This document shows positions 1 to 13,679 of a DNA stretch of 64,000 nt, one piece after another. How positions within the stretch are numbered: the first letter of the stretch is position 1; each line of letters starts with the position of its first letter. Source of the stretch: Octopus vulgaris (Eukaryota); the NCBI GenBank assembly GCA_951406725.2, contig OX597838.1, positions 12,028,001-12,092,000 on the forward strand. Direction: 5' to 3'. The notes under the pieces are model-generated. The model did not search any database. It was not told where the DNA came from and saw only the letters and a program-made list of their open reading frames with translations. The position numbers were made by a program, and so were the translations under genes.

Positions 1-109
1 ATGTATGTATATGTGTAAAATAATTAAATACAAAATATGTATGAATATACATACATATGTATATGTAATTTTGTGTGTGTATGGAACACTGAGATCTACA
101 AGTTTTTTC

Positions 110-268
110 ACTTTCTTTCTTTCTCTGTTTACATTTTCTATTCCTTTCTGTTGAAGAGCGTTGGCACGAAACGTAACGAACTTTTTCATTTTTCCCCGAG
201 CGTTAAACTAATACACTTGTTTGTTGTTCATACACCTGTCTTCCTCTGGTTTTTATGTAAATTTCAAC
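110..268 (+). mobile_element. 3' end (pLTR-like) fragment of a probable Penelope-like element, ending in (TA)n
   Basis: Homologous to the reverse complement of 47577-47735 and, in its tail, to 24535-24597 (shared ctaatac..ttgtttgtt..cacctgt). Carries a degenerate hammerhead-like motif at 144-180. Confidence 0.5.
144..180 (+). ncRNA. Degenerate non-canonical minimal hammerhead-like motif
   Basis: cttt-CTGTTGAA-GAGC-gttg-GCAC-GAAA-CG-TA-acgaa. Same layout as 47631-47668 but with mismatches in stems I and II. Confidence 0.3.
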
Positions 269-364
269 TATATATATATATATATATAATGGTAAAAACG
301 GTAAGATAACAAAAGAAAGAAAGAGACCTCAATATTATGTAAATAGAGGAAATTTATCTATAAA

Positions 365-623
365 ATAATATGTTACAATTACTCAATAGTCAAGATAAAA
401 CTCTAAGTTTCAGATGCCGAAGTGGAAATCCACAACACCATCTCTTCGGTTATCTGGCCATCTGAAAAAACGCTATGAAAAAATACCGTTATATAAAGGG
501 AGATTACTGCGTTATAATTCTGCTACTTATATAAAATAAGATTAAAATAAGAGATGGTGTTGTGGATTTCCACTTCGGCATCTGAAACTCAGAGTTTTAT
601 CTTGACTATTGAGTAATTGTAAC

Positions 624-630
<7 letters not shown>
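365..630. repeat. 82-bp inverted repeat with ~100-bp spacer (PLE inverted-pLTR-like)
   Basis: 365-446 is the reverse complement of 549-630 with one mismatch. (TA)n tracts lie on both sides of the unit. Confidence 0.9.
393..455 (-). ncRNA. Type I hammerhead-like ribozyme, U4C core variant
   Basis: Minus strand: agataa-CCGAAGA-gatg..gtgg/ccac..catc-t-GAAA-cttagag-TT-ttatct. Stem I is 6 bp and helix III is quasi-palindromic (ACTCAGAGT in the partner arm). Confidence 0.6.
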
Positions 631-669
<39 letters not shown>

Positions 670-713
670 GAGCGAGAGAGAGGGACTGCGAGAGATAGAT
701 GGATGGATGGATG

Positions 714-767
<54 letters not shown>

Positions 768-909
768 GAGATAGATAGATAGATAGATAGATATGCTGCT
801 ACGAGAGAGTTCATGTACTGAACTCTCTCGTAGAGAGGCAGTCAACAGGTAGACGGACAGACAGACAGATAGACCAAAAGACAGACAGACAGACATATAG
901 ATAGATAGT

Positions 910-951
<42 letters not shown>

Positions 952-1014
952 TGCTGAATAACTGACTGTAGATATATGCTGATATATTAATCTTCGTACT
1001 CACTGTGTCTCACA

Positions 1015-1050
<36 letters not shown>
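628..1050. repeat. Compound (TA)n/(GATA)n/(GACA)n/(GA)n microsatellite
   Basis: Seen directly. Confidence 0.95.
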
Positions 1051-1053
<3 letters not shown>

Positions 1054-1246
1054 TAAATTAAATTTCGAACGCAGCATAGTTGTGAGAACAGCTTAGAAAA
1101 TTTGGTAAATATCTGTAGTAGACAGGAAAAAAGTTTGCCAGCAGACAACTACAGAGATTCGAAACCTGTACCTCTCAAATACAAGCAGTGATCTGTACCA
1201 TTAAGGTAAGCGGTCCCTGAAAACATTTATCGTCTACGATGCTATG

Positions 1247-1290
<44 letters not shown>

Positions 1291-1561
1291 TATGTATATA
1301 TACACACACGTACATACATACATATCCCTAAACACACAAACACGTACACACATCGCTGTCTTTTCATTTTACTTATCTCTAATCTGTTTAAATAATCAAT
1401 CAAAATGTTTAGCTTGTACAAAAATCGGTGAAATCTGAAGCCGACCATTTTTACCTGTCAGCTTTTTGGTGGGTTTCGTGACGGTCACCGAGGTTATCAG
1501 AGGGAAAGATGCGGGATTCATAAATCAAAATATATGATGGAATATATTTACAGCGACACGC

Positions 1562-1688
1562 CTACACACGCACACACACATGTACACATGCGCGCGCACA
1601 CAGACACACACACACACACACATCCACACACACACACACACACGCACACACACACACACACATCCACACAGACACACACACGCGCGCA

Positions 1689-1745
<57 letters not shown>

Positions 1746-1803
1746 ACACACACATACACACACACACACACGCAGACACACACACAAATACATACACACA
1801 CAC

Positions 1804-1875
<72 letters not shown>
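1562..1875. repeat. Interrupted (CA)n microsatellite
   Basis: Seen directly. Confidence 0.95.
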
Positions 1876-1880
<5 letters not shown>

Positions 1881-1904
1881 GCTAGATAGAAAAATGCATC
1901 GTAA

Positions 1905-2015
1905 GTCTAGCTCTGTGGTTAGGAAGGCTGCTGTACAACCACGTGGTCTCAGTTCCAGTCCACGCCATCTAGGACAAGGGTCTTCTACTATAGCCCCTTG
2001 CCGATCCATGACTTG
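1905..2015 (+). mobile_element. Decayed 5' part of SINE family B
   Basis: Matches the head of 29623-30032 (tgtggtta..gtcttctactatagcc). Confidence 0.6.
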
Positions 2016-2149
2016 TGATTCTTTTCCTTTTTTCGTTCTTACAGCGACAATGCTCTTCTCAGTACGTGTGACGTACCAGTCAAACAATCTTTTGCACTTC
2101 CTGCTTCGATGGTAAGCCAAAGATTATTAGCAAATAATTTCAGCTCCTG

Positions 2150-3129
2150 TTTTGATAATTTCAAGCTGATTGCTAACGGCCACATATTTGTAATGCAGAG
2201 GTTTCGCTTCCCGCATATCAACCAATTGTTCATGCGCTTTTTTCCTTGCACTTAATTTAGCCTTCTTTGTAACAACAGTTACCTATTTCTTTATTACCCA
2301 CAAGGGGGCTAAACATAGAGGGGACAAACAAGGACAGACATAGGTATTATGTCGATTGCATCGACCCCAGTGCGTAACTGGTACTTAATTTATCGACCCC
2401 GAAAGGATGAAAGGCAAAGTCGACCTCGGCGGAATTTGAACTCACAACGTAACGGCAGACGAAATACCGCTAAGCATTTCGCCCTGCGTGCTAACGTTTC
2501 TGCCAGCTCGCCGCCTTTTGTAACAACAGTTACCGCTGTTATTCAGGGCATGATGCATGGACTCAGAAGCAAATATTTTACTTTCTTTCACGTCAGTATA
2601 AAGCTTCTTACAACTCTCGTGATTTTCAAAGAGTTTTAGCATTCAGTTTCAAGTGTTTCAAGATATTTGGCCAGTTCGATTGTGGTGGCTTTATAAGAGA
2701 GCTCAAATTGGACCAAGCTTCGGCCTCCTTGGGCTCTGGGAAGGTAAAGATGATCCGCATCTGCCTTTGGGTGGTGCATCTTATTGCAAGCCAGCAGCTT
2801 ACGAATTTTCTTGTCAATTTTCTTTATTTCACTGACATTCCAGTTCAACACATTGAAACTGTAAATAACAACTGGAACTGCTGCGGAATTTATGGCTAAC
2901 ACCTTATGTGCATTTAACACAGATTTCTAGACTGCTCGAACTATTCCGTAACATTCGTTCCTGATTTTCTCCTTAACGCTTGCATGCTGAATGTCAGAGC
3001 CCTCATTTATTCCGAACACCACTGAATGTGAGGTCTTCAAATCCCAGACCAAATATCTTCCAGGCAGCACCATGATACCAGTTAGACCGGAAGGAATGAA
3101 GGCCAAGTGTCACATCTGCCTTTTGACAG

Positions 3130-3130
<1 letters not shown>
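2150..3130 (-). mobile_element. Decayed R4/Dong-clade non-LTR retrotransposon fragment (post-RT region), interrupted by a SINE and abutting (TAA)n
   Basis: Translation LNAHKVLAINSAAVPVVIYSFNVLNW..KKIDKKIRKLL..KMHHPKADADHLYLPRAQGGRSL, continuing past the SINE as AHEQLVDMREAKPLHYKY. These motifs are typical of R4/Dong proteins. Confidence 0.8.
2284..2515 (-). mobile_element. tRNA-derived SINE family A (~230 bp, Deu/Nin-like central domain)
   Basis: A box tggcagaaacgttag, B box gagttcaaattcc, central gcctttcatcctttcggggtcgataaattaagtacc. 18-bp TSD tttgtaacaacagttacc at 2266-2283 and 2517-2534. Confidence 0.9.
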
Positions 3131-3165
<35 letters not shown>

Positions 3166-3201
3166 GTTATTATTATTATCATTCTTCTTCTTCTTCTTCT
3201 T

Positions 3202-3299
<98 letters not shown>

Positions 3300-3306
3300 C
3301 ATTCTT

Positions 3307-3365
<59 letters not shown>

Positions 3366-3499
3366 CATTCTTCTTCTTCTTCTTCTTCTTCTTCTTATTA
3401 TTATTATTATTATTATTATTATTGTTATTATTATTATCATTATTATTATTATCATTATTATTATCATTATTATTATTATCATTATTATTATTATTATTA

Positions 3500-3572
<73 letters not shown>

Positions 3573-3577
3573 CATTA

Positions 3578-3646
<69 letters not shown>
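3130..3646. repeat. Compound (TAT)n/(TCT)n/(CAT) trinucleotide array
   Basis: Seen directly, with a higher-order TAT-CAT-TCT block repeated three times. Confidence 0.95.
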
Positions 3647-3647
<1 letters not shown>

Positions 3648-4550
3648 GACATAGTGGAATGTGTAGAGCGCCTGACTAAAATCCGCATTGTCCTTAGTCA
3701 TATACCTTAAAGGTCCTCAATAAAATACTTTCCACTTCGACTTTGTGGTTCGGTGGCTTGTAAAGTAAGTACCAGTAATATACAGGGGAGGATTCACTGA
3801 ACACTTACTACACACCTCCATCACGTCTACATCCCACCACCTCTGCACCCCACGAATAGAAATTATTGCTGTTACATTCTTTGGCTATTATCAGTAATTT
3901 CTTTTCGTGCGAGGTGGTGGTCGTGTGGCGGTGGTGGAGTGTAGTGGTGGTGGTGATGGTGGTGGTGTGGCGGTGGTGTAGTGTGATGGTGGTGGTGGTG
4001 TGGCGGTGGTGGAGTGTGGTGGTGGTGATGATGCTGAGATTAAATACAATTTATCAAAGAAAGGAAACGTTTAATGACAAAACATCGCATTCTATGCTGT
4101 ACATTACCCTCCTCCTCATCCACTTCATGGCCGCCACTATCATTACGACGACCACGGCCATCGCCACCATCACCACCAGCACCAACAACACCACCACCAC
4201 CACCACCGTTGTCCTCGCCCTCGTCATCATCATCATCATCATTGTCGTCGTCGTCGTCGTCACCACCACCACCAACACCACCACAATCATACTAATCATC
4301 ATCATAATCATCATCATCATTCTTCCTCACAAACCTGAAGCTGCTTTTATAACCTGTCGCAACCTTAAACGGTGAAGGCATTGATCAAAGACGTCAATGG
4401 CGACCATGACAGTCACCCGAATCTTACTGCCGGCCGCCATATTTGACATTTAGTGGCCAGTGAAATATGGACGACTGAAAAATATAATATTCCGTCCTTC
4501 CACCCATTCACTCCCGAACTCAGCACAACCAAAGCCAACAAACCAACCAA

Positions 4551-4581
<31 letters not shown>

Positions 4582-4985
4582 TCCGAATATCTCCTTCAAC
4601 CCCCACTTCCTTTTGACACAATAACCATTACTAATACAACACGTCTCGATTATTCTCTGTGTGAGACATAACAGGAATCTTTACTTCTCCACCCTCTCCT
4701 CAATTCTGCATTGCTCTCCATCTCATCGATCCCCTTTCTGCTCTTCCGCCCATCCTCCTTCCATCTACCTCCCTTTCCTCGCCCTCCTCATCCACCTCTT
4801 CACAGGTGTTACCCCTCTTCCGCCCCACCGTATCGCCTCTCTGCCTCGTTCTCCTCCTCACGCTTCCTCAGCTGTTCAATAAGTGTCGTCTGCTTTATTA
4901 GTTGACAGATAAAGGTCGGCTGTTGATAGTTTTATTAATGATGTATTATTTAGATATAATGATCGTCTAATCATCATGCAAGACA

Positions 4986-5214
<229 letters not shown>

Positions 5215-5459
5215 AAGTAATAATTTTAAGTTTGGGTATACACCAGGTAGTATTCTGTTTAAAACACGTTCGTTGTATTCGGCTACCCGATGGCATCATC
5301 GGTATTGATGTAAATCCTAATGGATTTCATTCAGAAATTTCTTCGGGTCCGTCTAGTTTATGAAAATATGAAAGAAAATGGAATTCAGGAGACTCTTTAT
5401 TATTCACTGTGGTCCTTTTTACCCATCGTGCATCGGTCCCTCGCAGTTCAGATTCTTCA

Positions 5460-5915
5460 CTGCCACTTGATAACTGGTACTGGTTTGTTTAAGGCAGCGA
5501 GCAGGCAGAAACGTTAGCACGCCGGGCGAAATGCTTAGCGGTATTTCGTCTGCCGCTACGTTGTGAGTTCAAATTCCGCCGAGGTCGACTTTGCCTTTCA
5601 TCCTTTTGGGGTCGATAAATTAAGTACCAGTTACGCACTGGGGTCGATGTAATCGACTTAATCCGTTTGTCTGTCCTTGTTTGTCCCTTCTGTGTTGAGC
5701 CCCTTGTGGGTAGTAAAGAAATAGGTATTGGTTTGTTTATATCCCTTTAGCTAAACGGTTCTGCCAAAAGGACCGATAGAATAAGTCACAGGCTTAAGAA
5801 CAATAAGTACTGAGATCGAATCATTCAATTGAATCTCTTGAAAGTTTTTTAGAGTACCGACACAAGCCGAAACGCAGTCGAGTGATTGAAGCGAATGAAA
5901 GATAAAAAATAAAAG
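5460..5915 (+). mobile_element. Old SINE family B 3' half, interrupted by a family A copy
   Basis: gaccgatagaataagt..aggctta matches the family B body. Confidence 0.65.
5493..5727 (+). mobile_element. SINE family A
   Basis: Near-identical to the other A copies. TSD tggtttgttta at 5481-5491 and 5729-5739. Confidence 0.9.
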
Positions 5916-6818
5916 AACTCTGCTGGGACAGTTTTGTTCCAGTGTTATCTTTTCTCTGAATAAATATTTGCAAAAAAAATAATCAATTCTTTGAAATATT
6001 ATTTAAGCTTACAGACACTAACCACTCCCACTTATTTAGATTAAACTGTGTTTGCGGTGAAAATAGTAACTTATTGGCTGCATTTCTAATTTTAACACCA
6101 TCACTAGAGCTAATGAGATTACCGTAACCTCCTCCACATATTTAATGGAATTAAAACCTCTGCAGACTTATCACTTGTTCAGGACGCATGAACAGATGGC
6201 TATTAATAAAGTAGTATTAAGTAATGAAAATTATGTAATATCATATCATATTATGTAATAAATCATTTGCAAATAAATTACCATGATATTGAAACATATG
6301 TAACATGAAGTGAAATTACGACTATCTACTCATTTTCACTTATTGTATTTTGTCACCGCGTGATATGTTGTTTCAGGAGCTAGAGTTGCTAAAATTGAGC
6401 TGATTGCTCAACTGCATAGATGAAAGACAGGAGAATATTTATCTGTGTTCCTCTCGAGCAGCTTTGTAGCCAAATACTCAGCTGATAATCACGATTCTAG
6501 AGATCCTCACCAACTGATATATATTTAGGTTTCGATATGTATACATAAACCCATTTGCTTGTGTCTAAGCAAATGGATCTATTTGTACCATTATTTATAC
6601 CAAGAGAAAACACCTACACGATAGCACTTCAAATCAGTTGAGATCAGAAACCATGAGAGCCAGTGCCTGGTACTGATATGTAAGTATTTATCGTTGACGC
6701 AAAGCAAGACAATGTTCGTATATATTTTCTCGTTGTAAATAATTGTTAATGTTTAATATTTCATAGTGCTCAGCTTCTTGTTAAAAGAAGTTAAATATTA
6801 TTGCTACATCATGTGTGT

Positions 6819-7200
6819 GGAGGCGCAATGGCCCAGTGGTTAGGGCAGCGGACTCGCGGTTTCGATTCCCAGACCGGGCGTTGTGAGTGTTTATTGAGCG
6901 AAAACACCTAAAAAGCTCCACGAGGCTCCGGCAGGGCATGGTGGTGATCCCTGCTGTACTCTTTCACCACAACTTTCTCTCACTCTTACTTCCTGTTTCT
7001 GTTGTACCTGTATTTCAAGGGGCCGGCCTTGACACTCTCTGTGTCACGCTGAATATCCCAGAGAATTACGTTAAGGGTACACGTGTCTGTGGAGTGCTCA
7101 GCCACTCACACGTTAATTTCACGAGCAGGTTGTTCCGTTGATTCGGATCAACCGGAACCCTCATCGTCGTAACCGACGGAGTGCTAAAGGAAGTGCTTCC
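6819..7200 (+). mobile_element. tRNA(Arg)-like SINE family C (~385 bp, probably octopus OR1-type)
   Basis: Head ggaggcgcaatggcccagtggttagggcagcggactcgcgg..ttcgattccc. Homologous to 45201-45586 and 30966-31158. The family name is from recall. Confidence 0.85.
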
Positions 7201-7356
7201 ACATCAGGTGTACAATGATCTGCCTTTTCGACTCATGACATAACAGAGTTTTATTCTTCTCGATTATTCTATGTCTAGTACTGACTGAACTGCTCGTTGA
7301 TTTCCAGTCCTATTAATCATTTGCCTATACACGTTAGAGAGGCATATATATGCACA

Positions 7357-7417
<61 letters not shown>

Positions 7418-7480
7418 ACACACACATACATATATATATACATATATATATATATATGTGTGTGTGTATATATATAAATG

Positions 7481-7535
<55 letters not shown>

Positions 7536-7783
7536 ATGTATATGGGTGACAGTTAGTAAGGAGAGACACAAATAAGAAAGAAGAAAACAAAGGACCACTG
7601 ATGCGGTCACTGGAGTGTGACGAAAGAACACTGGCCGAAATAAGATTAAGATTAATGTAAAAAACTAAATAACACTGAAGCAAAATAACACCAAATATAT
7701 AGTGCGTGTGTTTTTATTGGCTAAACTGGCAAAATGACCATTCCGAAATATAACAATATATATATATATATATATATATACAA

Positions 7784-7879
<96 letters not shown>

Positions 7880-8199
7880 ATATATATATGCATATGTGTA
7901 TATATATGTATATATATATATAGGTTGTTCCGTTGATATATGTGTATATATATGTATATATATATATAGGTTGTTCCGTTGATTCGGATCAACCGGAACC
8001 CTCATCGTCGTAACCGACGGAGTGCTAAAGGAAGTGCTTCCACATCAGGTGTACAATGATCTGCCTTTTCGACTCATGACATAACAGAGTTTTATTCTTC
8101 TCGATTATTCTATGTCTAGTACTGACTGAACTGCTCGTTGATTTCCAGTCCTATTAATCATTTGCCTATACACGTTAGAGAGGCATATATATATGCACA

Positions 8200-8266
<67 letters not shown>

Positions 8267-8329
8267 ATACACACATACATATATATATACATATATATAT
8301 ATATATGTGTGTGTGTATATATATAAATG

Positions 8330-8378
<49 letters not shown>

Positions 8379-8627
8379 ATGTATATGGGTGACAGTTAGT
8401 AAGGAGAGACACAAATAAGAAAGAAGAAAACAAAGGACCACTGATGCGGTCACTGGAGTGTGACGAAAAGAACACTGGCCGAAATAAGATTAAGATTAAT
8501 GTAAAAAACTAAATAACACTGAAGCAAAATAACACCAAATATATAGTGCGTGTGTTTTTATTGGCTAAACTGGCAAAATGACCATTCCGAAATATAACAA
8601 TATATATATATATATATATATATACAA

Positions 8628-8717
<90 letters not shown>

Positions 8718-8762
8718 ATATATATATATATGTGTATATATATGTATATATATATATATATA
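7127..8762 (+). repeat. ~800-bp tandem duplication
   Basis: 7127-~7920 is repeated at 7968-~8762. Unique segments are nearly identical and the microsatellite lengths differ. Confidence 0.9.
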
Positions 8763-8860
8763 TAAATATTATAATAATAATAGTAGCGAATGTAATTCCA
8801 AAACTTACAGGGAAAATTCAATTTCACAATTTTAAATCAAATTTCACAATATATAATATA

Positions 8861-9140
8861 TGTATATAATTTAGAGAAAACCTTTATTAAAACAATTCAA
8901 TAATGAATGATGTTATTCACACCAAATAGAAAACATATACTATAAAAAAACAACCTTATTCTAAAAATCAATAAAATACAATAAATAGTAAATAATTGTA
9001 TTTACTATTCATTGTTCTTTATTGATTTTTAGAATAAGGTCTTTTTATAGTATATGTTTTTTATAGTATATGTTTTCTATTTGGTGTGAATAACATCTTT
9101 CTTTATTGAATTGTTTAATAGAGGTTTTTCTCTAAATTAT

Positions 9141-9145
<5 letters not shown>
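8861..9145. repeat. Imperfect ~135-bp-arm palindrome centred at 8995-8998
   Basis: ttagagaaaacc..gttattcacaccaaatagaaaacatatactataaaaa..atagtaaata is mirrored after a 4-nt attg loop. Confidence 0.85.
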
Positions 9146-9202
<57 letters not shown>

Positions 9203-9367
9203 GCCTCGGGCCGATCAAGGTCTTGTGAGTGGATTTGGTAGACGGAAACTGAAAGATGCCCGTCGTATATATATACATAAATATATACATATATGCATAA
9301 AAATATATATGCATATATATATATTTTTTTATATATATATACATATATATATTTTATTTATATATAC

Positions 9368-9443
<76 letters not shown>

Positions 9444-9645
9444 GTGTATGTGTGCGTGTCAGTGTTTGTCACCCACCATCGTTTGATAACCAATGCTGGT
9501 GTGTCTATGTCCCCCGTAACGTAGCGGTTCGGCGAACAGACCGATAGAATAAATACTAGGCTTACAAAGAATAAGTTTTGTCCGACTAAAGGCGGTGCTC
9601 CAGCATGGCCGCAGTAAAATGACAGAAACAAATAAAAGAATAAAT
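9203..9645 (+). mobile_element. 5'-truncated SINE family B with expanded internal (TA)n
   Basis: gtgagtggatttggtagacggaaactgaaaga..ggcggtgctccagcatggccgcagt. Confidence 0.85.
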
Positions 9646-9651
9646 GAATAC

Positions 9652-9714
<63 letters not shown>

Positions 9715-10491
9715 ACACATACATATCACCTGAATAAATATACGCGTGCATATAAGATATATATTCCTATACATATACATGTATATGTATATATCTATCT
9801 ACGCATCATCTATCTAGATAGATAGACAAAGGTATATGTATTTGTGCTTATATATGTATATCTCTGTCTACAAACACACACACAATACATGCATACATGT
9901 ACACATACTTACATATGTATATATGTGTGTATGTACGTATGTACGTATGTATGTCCATACATACGTACGTATGTATTAAACATGTACGTATATACTCCAC
10001 AGTATTAAATTATTTGAGGTTCCATGCCGTATTTGCCGACTTCCTGAATGGAGTCGACGAAGAAGAAGTATAAAAATTGTGTTGATTGGTGGTTGATGAG
10101 AGTGGAGCAAAATGTGCGAAGAAAACCATTGCATAGTCACGGATTACCATTTCCTTCCCAACTCACAGATTCTATGGAATGGTTAGCCTTTCGTCCTCAT
10201 AGATTTAGTTCGTACTATATTTCTTTGTAAGCGGACACTAACACTGCATTGCTACCGTCTATCCCTGTAATTCGTAATCTCCCTCTTTCAGGTCTGCCTT
10301 TTCCGTCTGTTTCCTTTGCTTAACTCTTTCTCTATCTTGACCCTCTCTCTCTCTTTCTTTCACTCTCGCTCTCCCTCTCTCCCCCTCTCTCTCTATATAT
10401 CTCTCTATCTACCTATCTATCTCTGTAAATAAATAAATATATATGTTTCTCTCCTATTATATATATATATATATATGCATTTACCACTCCC

Positions 10492-10790
10492 ATTTCTTCA
10501 TCTTCTTCATCGTGGTCACCTTCTTCATCTTCTTCTTCTTCTTCTTCTTCTTCTTCTTCTTCTTCTTCTTCTTCTTCTTCTTCTTCTTTTTCTTCTTCTT
10601 CTTCTTCTTCTTCTTCTATTCCTCCTCCTATTTCTTCTTCTTCTTCTTCTTCTTCTTCTTCTTCTTCTTCTATTCCTCCTATTTCTTCTTCTTCTCCTCC
10701 TCCTCCTCCTTCTTCTTCTTCTTCTTCTTCTTCCTCTTCTCCTCCTCCTCCTCCTCCTTCTTCTTCTTCTTCTTCTTCTTCTTCTTTTTC
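10492..10790. repeat. (TTC)n/(TCC)n polypyrimidine array
   Basis: Seen directly. Confidence 0.95.
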
Positions 10791-11201
10791 TTTAGCCTAT
10801 CTCTCCCCTTCACGTTCTCTTCCATCTTCCTTTCGTCTTTTGCGTTTTCTTCCTTCTACACTTTTTCTTCTTCCACCTCACCAGTTCCTCCCCCCTCCTT
10901 CCTCCTCCTCATCCTCCTCATCCCATACCATCACCTCCAACATCTCCGCAACATAAACCACCACTAACACTATATTGCAACTCATACCGCTCCTCCAACG
11001 TTCTCACTGACCACAGACACTCTCTTTCCTCGCCTTTATTTACTTCCACCTTGCAGTTTCACGTCTCACTCCCACTCAGGAATAAACTGATCAAGAGAAA
11101 CTCTATAGTTTGTTAGTATTGACACAAGGTGTCGCTTCTGAAATCTTGAAACTCATTCATGTATTCCCAAATACATTCCACCATCTTCAGATTTCAAATG
11201 A

Positions 11202-11202
<1 letters not shown>

Positions 11203-11266
<64 letters not shown>

Positions 11267-11267
11267 C

Positions 11268-11298
<31 letters not shown>

Positions 11299-11407
11299 TG
11301 TATGTATGTATGTATGTATGTATGTATGTATGTGTGTATACATACATATGCATGTATATATATATATATACATATATATATGTATATATGTATATATATG
11401 TGTGTGC

Positions 11408-11454
<47 letters not shown>

Positions 11455-11745
11455 AGTATGTATGTATATATGTATATATATATATACATATATATATGTA
11501 TATATATATATATATATGTGTGTGTGCATGTATATATGCATGTATGTATGTATGTATATATATATATACATATATATATGTATATATGTATATATATGTG
11601 TGTGCATATATATATGTATATATATATGTATGTATGTATATATGTATGTATGTATGTATGTGTGTGTATACATATATATGCATCTGTATATATATATATG
11701 TATATGTATATATAGATATAGATATGCACATATATATGCACATAT
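11203..11745. repeat. Compound (TA)n/(TATG)n microsatellite
   Basis: Seen directly. Confidence 0.95.
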
Positions 11746-12113
11746 TTAGATGTGTTTTGTGTGAGTGTTTGTGTTCGCGCGAGTGTGTGCGTGCAAATGC
11801 GTCTATGAATGTGTTTTCACGTAAGGATTATGTATATGCATGTCTTACTATTTGCGTAAACATGTCTTCTCGTGTGTATATATATATATGTATATATACA
11901 CACGCGTTTATAAGTGTATATATGTGACCGAGAAGTGTGACTGGGTAGTTCTTTCATACATATCACGCTATTGAAACGGTAAGTGAATACACAGTCTCTT
12001 AGATTCAGCCACGTATTGACCTCTGTGTAAATAGCGAATGGCGAATATTCAATATTTAGTTAATCGGATATATAGCTATATGACTATCTCACCGTCTGCC
12101 CCCCCTCTCTCTC

Positions 12114-12225
<112 letters not shown>

Positions 12226-12266
12226 TATATATACATACATACATATGTATACACACATACATACAT

Positions 12267-12363
<97 letters not shown>

Positions 12364-13148
12364 CACAAATGGGTATATGCTTGTACGTATATCACTTATA
12401 GTTATGGCTATGATATTATGTGTATGTTGTAACTGTCACATATACTTCTGACACAATTTAACGTTACATTGAAATTTCAACTCCGTTTCAGCTGAACGGA
12501 GCAGAAATTCATGTATAATTTAAAACTACATTTTATACAATATTCTTTTATACACCAAGTAGCCACAGCCTTTGATTACAGCCAGCTTTGGGGATCACCT
12601 TGGAAATTGTTGCTGATCACACCGACTCCCATATTGTTTTGTATTAATTTTATTATATATTTATTGGAAGATCGTTATTTCGATTCCCTTATCGGGTTGT
12701 GCGTTATGTTCTTGTGCGAAACCCTTTATTTCGTGTCATTACAGTCGAGTCAGCTGTAAAGGGGTAACCCTGCGCTGATTGGCGCCCTGTTGAGGAGCGA
12801 TGTTGTGATTCCAGTCACTTATACGCCAGGGAGACCGACCAACCGATCCTATAAACCCCAGGACTCGAGACAGTGTTGAGTTATTGAGCGATTAAGGTAG
12901 AGAAATTTTGTCTTTAAATAAATGCAACTCTGTACATCTGTGAACACCAGTAAACAATAATACACATATACACAATCAAATGCACAGATATTTTTGTTCG
13001 TCTTTCGTTTACGAAGTTTGTCAAAACTCTACCTTTTAGATAGCGATGGCTCTTTCAGAAGAGCATCACCAAACAAGGAATTGCTTGAGCGAATGGGAAA
13101 TCTTTCTTGTGCTTGCACAAGCAAGGAAACTGCGACAGCGCCGGTGAA

Positions 13149-13348
13149 GGCGGCGAGCTGGCAGAAACTTTAGCACTCCAGGCGAAATGCTTAGTGGTAT
13201 TTCGTCTGCCGCTACGTTCTGAGTTCAAATTCCGCCGAGGTCGACTTTGCCTTTCATCCTTTCGGGGTCGATAAATTAAGTACCAGTTACGCACTGGAGT
13301 CGATATAATCGACTTAATCCCTTTGTCTGTCCTAGTTTGTTTTCTCTC
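13149..13348 (+). mobile_element. SINE family A, 3'-truncated
   Basis: Sequence match to the other A copies. Confidence 0.85.
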
Positions 13349-13679
13349 TGCTATTTAATTGTTGCAGAGTCGCATGCCTTAATCATTACAATGAAGGGTA
13401 CATCACTTGGCTGTTTTAGCAAGTTAGAATTACAGTAAGAGGAGGTTGTATAGGACGATCAGCTTCATTCTGTTGTATCTCACACAAGGCTAGCTAGGGT
13501 AACAGAATGTATCGGGGATGCCGTGACATGGCCATGGTCATCTGTGGGGTATGTACATCAGAGAAACACGGTTGGACTTTACCTTTTCCCCCCGTTAAAA
13601 CTGGAATCAGTTGGATGGCTTTCCTTTTCACACTTCACCAGATACCAACTCTTTATACTCGGAAAAAGTATTTCCTTTG

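Noticed and set aside
1143-1220. Minus-strand tRNA-like stretch with a B-box-like motif
   Set aside because: Too degenerate to fold as a cloverleaf, at most a decayed SINE head.
5308-5352. Minus-strand CCGAAGA..GAAAtcc-atta-ggaTT look-alike
   Set aside because: Helix III pairs but stem I does not and stem II is marginal.
7594-7650. CTGATGC-ggtca..tggcc-GAAA motif (duplicated near 8440)
   Set aside because: A9 is altered and neither helix III nor stem I can be formed.
13055-13294. Recurrent MRNWYLIYRPRKDERQSRPRR ORFs
   Set aside because: Antisense translation of SINE family A, not a gene family.
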